A DNA stretch of 64,000 nt from an uncultured Desulfobulbus sp. (GTDB lineage: Bacteria > Desulfobacterota > Desulfobulbia > Desulfobulbales > Desulfobulbaceae). The stretch spans positions 2,110 to 66,109 of the forward strand of contig CAZKBZ010000002.1 of NCBI GenBank assembly GCA_964551175.1, written 5' to 3'. The first letter of the stretch is position 1. Every line of letters begins with the position of its first letter. Positions 58,416 to 64,000 of this stretch are shown here, one piece after another. The position numbers and the translations under genes are program-made. The notes under the pieces are model-generated. The model ran no database searches. It was given only the letters and a program-made list of their open reading frames with translations, and had not been told where the DNA came from.

Positions 58416-59096
58416 TTATTTGACAATTGCCATTTTCGTTACAAGATCGTTTAGTTCCTGAAGGCATCCCATAAGAATCATAATCGTTCCTACCATTTCC
58501 AACCCTTCCTCTAACACAAATTCAATCAGCTGTAAAACTGAGGATAAATTAAAAGAATATGAAATATATTCTAAAAAAATACCACCAAAAGCATAGAGAA
58601 AAAGTCCACCTATTACCCAAAATTGAAGATATTTTTCATCATTTCTAACTACTACAAAATAGATAACGCAGAATAAAAAAAATAACATACTAAATGGAGC
58701 GTACATGTACACCCATTTTACAGATGTGCACTCACTAAGAAGTTCATGTAAACGTGCTGCTTCATCTAAAGACAAAAAAGCAAAAACTGAAGCAAAATAA
58801 ATCCAGAACTGACTCCACTTGTCTGATTTATCATTAACTTTATTATGAAATAAAAATATTACTAATGAACATAAAAATACTAAAAATAGTAAAATAGTTG
58901 AATACCATGTGGGTATATTTGCTTCTGCATTAAGATCAAATCTATTGTGTACGGCTGGTGACAGAGTTTCTGTAAAAAAATGCATTACTATAAGAAAAAA
59001 AACTATAGTTAAAAAAAAAGAAAAATGTGTTTTTGTTTGTACATTAATCATAATACCGTACACGTTGTCATCTTTTACTCTTTGCATGGTCCCCAT
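58416..59096 (-). CDS. Hypothetical six-TM membrane protein in an AT-rich segment
   Basis: 226-aa ORF made of hydrophobic helices. Its composition is visibly more AT-rich than its neighbours. No motif recognised. Confidence 0.45.
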   Translation of the reverse strand: MGTMQRVKDDNVYGIMINVQTKTHFSFFLTIVFFLIVMHFFTETLSPAVHNRFDLNAEANIPTWYSTILLFLVFLCSLVIFLFHNKVNDKSDKWSQFWIYFASVFAFLSLDEAARLHELLSECTSVKWVYMYAPFSMLFFLFCVIYFVVVRNDEKYLQFWVIGGLFLYAFGGIFLEYISYSFNLSSVLQLIEFVLEEGLEMVGTIMILMGCLQELNDLVTKMAIVK

Positions 59097-59554
59097 ATTC
59101 TGGTCAAAATTTCTCTATTTTACTGACATCAGTGAATCGGATGTCAAAAGATGTTTCCATGAATTTCTGGATCATTAACTTTATAAACATCGAGGAGCCA
59201 TATTTATTGCGCTGATCACTGGGATGTGTATTCGAAGGAGATGCTCCAGAGATGCCATTTGCGCCAGAGCAAGTCAGAAACCGTAGCAATTGAGCGAAAC
59301 AACGGGGGACAGCGACATTGGTTTGCCCGCTTTCAGGTGAATGGCAATATGAACGAGCTATTATCATTACTTTATTAAAACTCTCAAACATCCAAAATAG
59401 ACATACTCCTGAGAGAGAACAGATAGAAAGAATACCAGAGGTGTCTCTCACCTTGGATTTTGCAAAATCCTACTGTTAAGCACAAGATAAGCCTATATTG
59501 TCTGCAAGTAGACTGTGGTATATTGCTCGATAAATTGATCAGATTCGGACTTAT

Positions 59555-60664
59555 TCATCCTTTCTTTTTTATCCTCAAATTCAACACCTTCAAATACAGG
59601 GACTCATAATCATTGATCATTCTTTCCAATCCAAACTTTTCCCTGATTTTTTCCCTTCCAGACATTCCCATACTTTTTATTTTTTCTTCATCACACAAAA
59701 CATCTAAAATTGTGGAAGAAAGTGTTTCCGGCAAATGATCCGAAACCAGTAAACCTGTTTTCCTGTGATCCACAAGTTCCCTGTTGCCTCCCAGATCAGA
59801 GGCAATCACAGGCTTTCCCATAGCCATGTACTCAATAATTACATTTGACGTTCCCTCTCCTTGAGGGCTGAGGAGAATACCAACCTGACACCCCATTATC
59901 AGTTGTTCCGGATGATTTACATCAGTGAAGAAATGAATGCTTTTGTCAAGATTTAAAGAAGAAGATAATTGTCGGCAACGATCAAGAGTTTCGCCACGTC
60001 CAACAAGTATCAGCCTAAGGGATGGAACCTTCTGTTGCATTACAGGCAGCGCCCGGATTAATGAAATTTGATCCTTTTTTCTGGTGAAATTGCCAACCAT
60101 GCAAATAGCAGGATATCCATAAAAAACAGATTCTACCCCCTTGAATCTGTTTAAATCAACCCCATTATATATAACACTTGCATTAGAAAACTTCTCAACC
60201 CCAAAGGCTCGCAGACCAGCTTGCGAATTTGCCACGATCCAGGTCGCAAAAGACATGCAAATCCTGCTGATTCGGTCACGTCGGTTCAATCTGGGACGTG
60301 CGCTGCGAATAGAACCGTTAATAACCGGCTTACCGGTAATTTTTCCTGCAACAATTCCGGCACAATCACTGACGCTTCCAAAAGTATGTATTAAGTCTAT
60401 ATGATATTTCCCAACAAGATTGATTAATGAAAAAGCCAGAGTAAAATCATATGAACGAGATTGCCTGACAGGCAACACAATATCTGAATATTTTCCGGCC
60501 TCTTCCTCGCGTTCGCCTCCCTTTACCAGCACGCCAAAAACTGTACGAAAAACTCCCTTACCTTTCAAACCTCTCAGTAATTCTACAATCTGGCGTTCAG
60601 TCCCACCTGAAGACATTCCGTCTGCCAAAATTAAAATGGCAGGTTTTTCATGGCCAGCATCCAT
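59555..60664 (-). CDS. GT4 (GT-B fold) glycosyltransferase
   Basis: ILILADGMSSGGTERQIVELL at the N-terminus and SPQGEGTSNVIIEYMAMGKPVIASDLGGNRELV in the C-terminal half. Confidence 0.8.
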   Translation of the reverse strand: MDAGHEKPAILILADGMSSGGTERQIVELLRGLKGKGVFRTVFGVLVKGGEREEEAGKYSDIVLPVRQSRSYDFTLAFSLINLVGKYHIDLIHTFGSVSDCAGIVAGKITGKPVINGSIRSARPRLNRRDRISRICMSFATWIVANSQAGLRAFGVEKFSNASVIYNGVDLNRFKGVESVFYGYPAICMVGNFTRKKDQISLIRALPVMQQKVPSLRLILVGRGETLDRCRQLSSSLNLDKSIHFFTDVNHPEQLIMGCQVGILLSPQGEGTSNVIIEYMAMGKPVIASDLGGNRELVDHRKTGLLVSDHLPETLSSTILDVLCDEEKIKSMGMSGREKIREKFGLERMINDYESLYLKVLNLRIKKKG

Positions 60665-62023
60665 TTAACGCCTGATTCTACCAAGAACTACAGCACGAGA
60701 CCCAATAATATCTGAATGCAACCTGCAAGTATTAACTATTTCCAGAGGAAAGGGCCATTTCTGTGCATGAGCTGCCAGTTGCTTTCCAGACTGTCCTGCT
60801 GAGCCGATAACCACGAGATACGACACAGATATCAGCTCAAAACCGGACAAAAAAGAATCTTCCGCTTCAACTTGAACAAAGGCCAGATCGTATTGGCTCA
60901 AGGGCAAACTGTTCCAGTCAAGCCCGCAACCATCTTCGGCTGCAAAGACATCAAATCGCGTAAAAGCGAAATAGTATAAATATCGGCGTATTAATGATAC
61001 GGTATCCGACGGGCGTATCATTACAATCCAGCTAGCCCCAGCGGTAAGGGCTGAAATGGTGACAGTCTCTTCCAGCAAGCAGAAATCCAGAATGGCAGCC
61101 TTTTGTAACTCAACACCGTTATTGGATAAGAAAACTGCTAACGTGTCTGGTTTCTTTTGAGAAAAATTATCTTCCCTTTCGAGTAGAGAAGGCGTCAGCC
61201 TACCGAGTGCTGTCATTTTCTTCAGAAGATCTTTTCCAAACCTTCTGTTGAAAAGTACAAAATTCTGAATATCAACATAATATGTTCCTGTAGAATCACT
61301 AAGAATGTTATGCCTAAAATCAGGTGGTCGCAGATCACAATGCTCCTGAATACTGATTGTCTGCATACCTATCTCTTTCATTGCTTTCCTAAAACGAGAA
61401 ACAAACTCTATCCCTTTATCACCGACCACTACCTCTCCGGTAACAGGTTGAACAATCAATCCATATTGACAGCTTCCATCTTCAGCTTCCAGCCTGACAA
61501 GATCATAAACTCTTGGTGCAAGACCCTCCTCATGAAGCAAATTGCTGATAACTGTTTTTTCCAGCAAGCTGCCAACGGCAATCATGCTGAACCATGTTGA
61601 AGCCGGTGCCAGCTTGCAGGAAGTATAGTAGGGTGTGGAGTCCGGTGAGATTTCTCTGCTCTTGGATATTTTTAAACCCACATTACAGGGGTAGCAATCC
61701 AGAATTTTACGATTAATTTTTTCTATGTCTTTCGGATTATCGATGTATATACTATGTCTTCCGGATTTGAATCTCAAGCCTGCTTTCTCTATTTTCTCAG
61801 CTAAATCTTGGGGATATGTATTCCCAAAATTAATACCTGAAAAGACTACAGGGATCGACTGACTTTTTTTGCATCGGACACGGTTAAAGCGATCAGCCCA
61901 AAAACGAACAAAAGCTAAATATGCATAGAATGCATTAATGAGATAACGATCAAAAAAACGGCAAAAAGGCCACAGAGATCCCGGTATGATTTTTTTTAAA
62001 CCTCCCCGGAACCCGACACCCAT
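60665..62023 (-). CDS. Hypothetical protein with protein-kinase-like (sugar/lipid kinase-type) central domain
   Basis: LHEEGLAPRVYDL ... GLIVQPVTGE ... DFRHNILSDSTGTYYVDIQNF resembles the APH/LPS-kinase catalytic loop and the DFG-equivalent. The C-terminal roughly 150 aa are unassigned. Its stop directly abuts the GT4 ATG. Confidence 0.4.
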   Translation of the reverse strand: MGVGFRGGLKKIIPGSLWPFCRFFDRYLINAFYAYLAFVRFWADRFNRVRCKKSQSIPVVFSGINFGNTYPQDLAEKIEKAGLRFKSGRHSIYIDNPKDIEKINRKILDCYPCNVGLKISKSREISPDSTPYYTSCKLAPASTWFSMIAVGSLLEKTVISNLLHEEGLAPRVYDLVRLEAEDGSCQYGLIVQPVTGEVVVGDKGIEFVSRFRKAMKEIGMQTISIQEHCDLRPPDFRHNILSDSTGTYYVDIQNFVLFNRRFGKDLLKKMTALGRLTPSLLEREDNFSQKKPDTLAVFLSNNGVELQKAAILDFCLLEETVTISALTAGASWIVMIRPSDTVSLIRRYLYYFAFTRFDVFAAEDGCGLDWNSLPLSQYDLAFVQVEAEDSFLSGFELISVSYLVVIGSAGQSGKQLAAHAQKWPFPLEIVNTCRLHSDIIGSRAVVLGRIRR

Positions 62024-62041
62024 CTTTCCTCCAGACCTCTG

Positions 62042-63979
62042 TCAATTACTCAATTTTTCGAGTCTATCCAAAGCTACCCAGAAGCCCTGTCCGTTATTCT
62101 TATGGCCCTGCCAGATCTCCGGAATAAAGGATACTTCCGGCATCATATGTTTCAATTCAAACATAATTAATTTAAAATCTATTTCTCCATCACCGATCTG
62201 CAAGCCCTCGCCATCTACTCCCCTAGCATCGGCTATATGCATGTGAGCAGTTACAGGAGCAACCTCCGCTAAAAATTCCAAAAAAGAGTATTTTAAATGA
62301 TTGCAGGCAAGCTTTGAATGTGAAATATCAAGGCAAACTCTGTAATCATTTTCCTTGCAGAAATTAACGATTTCATGCACATCGACAAACAAGTTGTGAT
62401 ACCGCTGTCCCCCGAAATGCCAGGGAAATGGCGGCATAGTCTGGGGGATAATCTCAATACCTTCCTGAACTATTCCTGCCAAGCTGTCAGCTAAAAGATC
62501 ATATTTTTTCTTGCGATCATTTTCTGGAATAAAATTATCAGCACTGAATCCTCCTGCATTGATAACAATCAGAGGGCGTGCTGCAACCGGAAAAAACTCT
62601 TTTAATTTATTTGTAATATCGACTACCCGCTGAAGCTCTTGAATCGAACGGGCGCGATACTCCTGGTCTTCAGCACATAAATCCAGGATATGATCTCCTG
62701 AAAACAGTTCCGGGCTGTGAACGACCAACTGATGAGGAAACGTACCCGATATGAATTGATGAATATCAAGTTCGAGATCCTTATAACTCAGATGAATCTC
62801 CAGAAGATCCATACGGCACGAATCTGCAATGGACACAGCATCATGATACCGTACCGGAACACCAAAGGGGTGGACGAATTGAAAATCTCTAGGCCTGGCC
62901 GCATTACTCTCCAAGTCTTCCGGATAAAAGAAATCTCCCTTGACAAAATTTCGATTAGCTCGTGCGCCTATCAAGTCATTTTTACGGTAAGGAGGCAGTC
63001 CCTTGCCAGGACTCTTTATCTCTATCATATCGGAAGTAATGCATTCTCCCTTTTTCAAGTCCCTGTTAATCACAAGACTCTTGGCAAGGCTTTCACGATT
63101 AATCAATTCTCCCTGAGAAACTGTACGACTTCTGTCGCTTCCCAGTGCCTGTTCAATCATTCTGATTCCCTGGACCATGGATTGAAATTCTTCGGGCAAC
63201 AAACTGACCTTATGATCATTACCCTCCATTGACCGATCCAGCGTAAAATGTTTTTCAATAATCTTGGCTCCCAAAGCGACTGCTGCCAAGGCAACCTGAC
63301 CTCCCCGCTCATGCCCTGAGTATCCTACGGGAAAATCACTTATCTCATGCAATCTCTCTATATAAGTAAGATTAATATCTTTGAAGGGAGCAGGATAAGT
63401 TGAGTTACAGTGCAAGAGAACAAACTGTGCACCCAATTTCTGCAAAAGACTTACAGCTGCACGTATTTCCTGTTCTGTGGACATGCCGGTTGAACAAATC
63501 ATTGGCTTGCCCTTGGCTGCTACGGCTGTGAGAAGGTCATGATTGGTCAAATCAGCAGAGGCGATCTTAAAAGCCTCCATGCCACATTGGTCAAGAAAAT
63601 CAACGCTGACCTCGTCCCAGGGAGTACAAAGAGGGGTAACATTTTTCTTTCGGCAATAATTGAATATTTCAAGAAGTTCCTGGTCAGATAATTGAAATTT
63701 ATCCAGAATATCAAGAACATATTGTGAACCTAAATCTTCTCCTGCATCATTAACATTGCCTTCGTTGAGATACAGTTTCTTCAAATTTCTCATCTGAAAC
63801 TTTACACAATCTGCACCGGCAGCGACAGCTTCATCAACTAAGCGATAAGCAATATCAATTTGACCATTATGATTATTGCCAATCTCAGCAATAATAAAAA
63901 CCGGTGATTCACGGGTAATTTGATGAGACCCTATGGTAATTTTTGGTTTGCGCTTGGTGGCTACAGCAGTCAAACGCAT
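62042..63979 (-). CDS. NeuB-family (sialic/nonulosonic-acid synthase-like) enzyme with SAF domain, fused to a xylose-isomerase-like TIM-barrel domain
   Basis: FIIAEIGNNHNGQIDIAYRLVDEAVAAGADCVKFQ, KPMICSTGMSTEQEI, LLHCNSTYPAPFKDINL and GYSGHERG. SAF-like segment KSPGKGLPP. The C-terminal roughly 290 aa (LEIHLSYKDL ... VVHSPELF ... HMHIADA) look like sugar-phosphate isomerase/epimerase TIM barrels. Confidence 0.8.
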   Translation of the reverse strand: MRLTAVATKRKPKITIGSHQITRESPVFIIAEIGNNHNGQIDIAYRLVDEAVAAGADCVKFQMRNLKKLYLNEGNVNDAGEDLGSQYVLDILDKFQLSDQELLEIFNYCRKKNVTPLCTPWDEVSVDFLDQCGMEAFKIASADLTNHDLLTAVAAKGKPMICSTGMSTEQEIRAAVSLLQKLGAQFVLLHCNSTYPAPFKDINLTYIERLHEISDFPVGYSGHERGGQVALAAVALGAKIIEKHFTLDRSMEGNDHKVSLLPEEFQSMVQGIRMIEQALGSDRSRTVSQGELINRESLAKSLVINRDLKKGECITSDMIEIKSPGKGLPPYRKNDLIGARANRNFVKGDFFYPEDLESNAARPRDFQFVHPFGVPVRYHDAVSIADSCRMDLLEIHLSYKDLELDIHQFISGTFPHQLVVHSPELFSGDHILDLCAEDQEYRARSIQELQRVVDITNKLKEFFPVAARPLIVINAGGFSADNFIPENDRKKKYDLLADSLAGIVQEGIEIIPQTMPPFPWHFGGQRYHNLFVDVHEIVNFCKENDYRVCLDISHSKLACNHLKYSFLEFLAEVAPVTAHMHIADARGVDGEGLQIGDGEIDFKLIMFELKHMMPEVSFIPEIWQGHKNNGQGFWVALDRLEKLSN

Positions 63980-64000
63980 TCTTTCATCAACCAGAGGAAC

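Noticed and set aside
59104-59451. 115-aa minus-strand ORF in the AT-rich gap
   Set aside because: It has no ribosome-binding site or motif and an odd composition. I scanned the other frames of this gap by eye only in part (mainly about 59221-59340) and found no transposase or glycosyltransferase remnant. It is treated as non-coding pending a BLASTX check.

Overview
This looks like a bacterial chromosomal window. The gene content (a UGA-recoded periplasmic tetrahaem protein, a CooC-type ATPase, a REC-GAF-cyclase) suggests a Desulfobacterota/deltaproteobacterial-type anaerobe, but that is only a guess. I saw no rRNA, tRNA, CRISPR array, transposase or integrase. Positions 1 to about 10.5 kb hold housekeeping and signalling genes: a gabD-like aldehyde dehydrogenase, a PilZ protein, a REC-GAF-class III cyclase, rarA, a multihaem protein, a BI-1/YccA protein, a CooC-like ATPase and an LtaS/sulfatase-family membrane enzyme. 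From about 10.5 kb to the window end (more than 53 kb, continuing beyond) lies one very large cell-surface polysaccharide/glycoconjugate locus. It contains a WbaP/WcaJ-type initiating phosphoglycosyltransferase, at least ten GT2 and two GT4 glycosyltransferases (one is a 1246-aa multi-domain enzyme with internal tandem repeats), an ArnC/GtrB-type polyprenyl-phosphate glycosyltransferase, two UPF0104 flippase-like proteins, an AlgI/AlgJ-like O-acetylation pair, two AsnB-type amidotransferases, methyltransferases, epimerases (galE and one other), a NeuB-like synthase fusion, a membrane-embedded spermidine-synthase-like protein, and several large uncharacterised polytopic membrane and secreted proteins. 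I recognised no Wzx, Wzy, Wza/Wzc or ABC exporter. Main items for a second look: (1) the tetrahaem gene appears to extend upstream through an in-frame TGA at 5377 to a signal peptide, with an fdhF-like SECIS hairpin at the expected spacing, so it is probably a selenoprotein with a C-G-U motif; (2) a possible periplasmic lipid-linked glycosylation module at about 14.8-26.8 kb, built from uncharacterised paralogous membrane proteins, a flippase-like/TolB-propeller fusion and an SGNH esterase carrying a Gly13 linker and a CFI-box-type C-terminal anchor; (3) a roughly 120-aa extracytoplasmic domain shared by otherwise unrelated proteins of the locus; (4) a DUF218/ElyC-like gene interrupted by a single in-frame TAG. 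All family assignments come from reading motifs by eye, and no database search was run.
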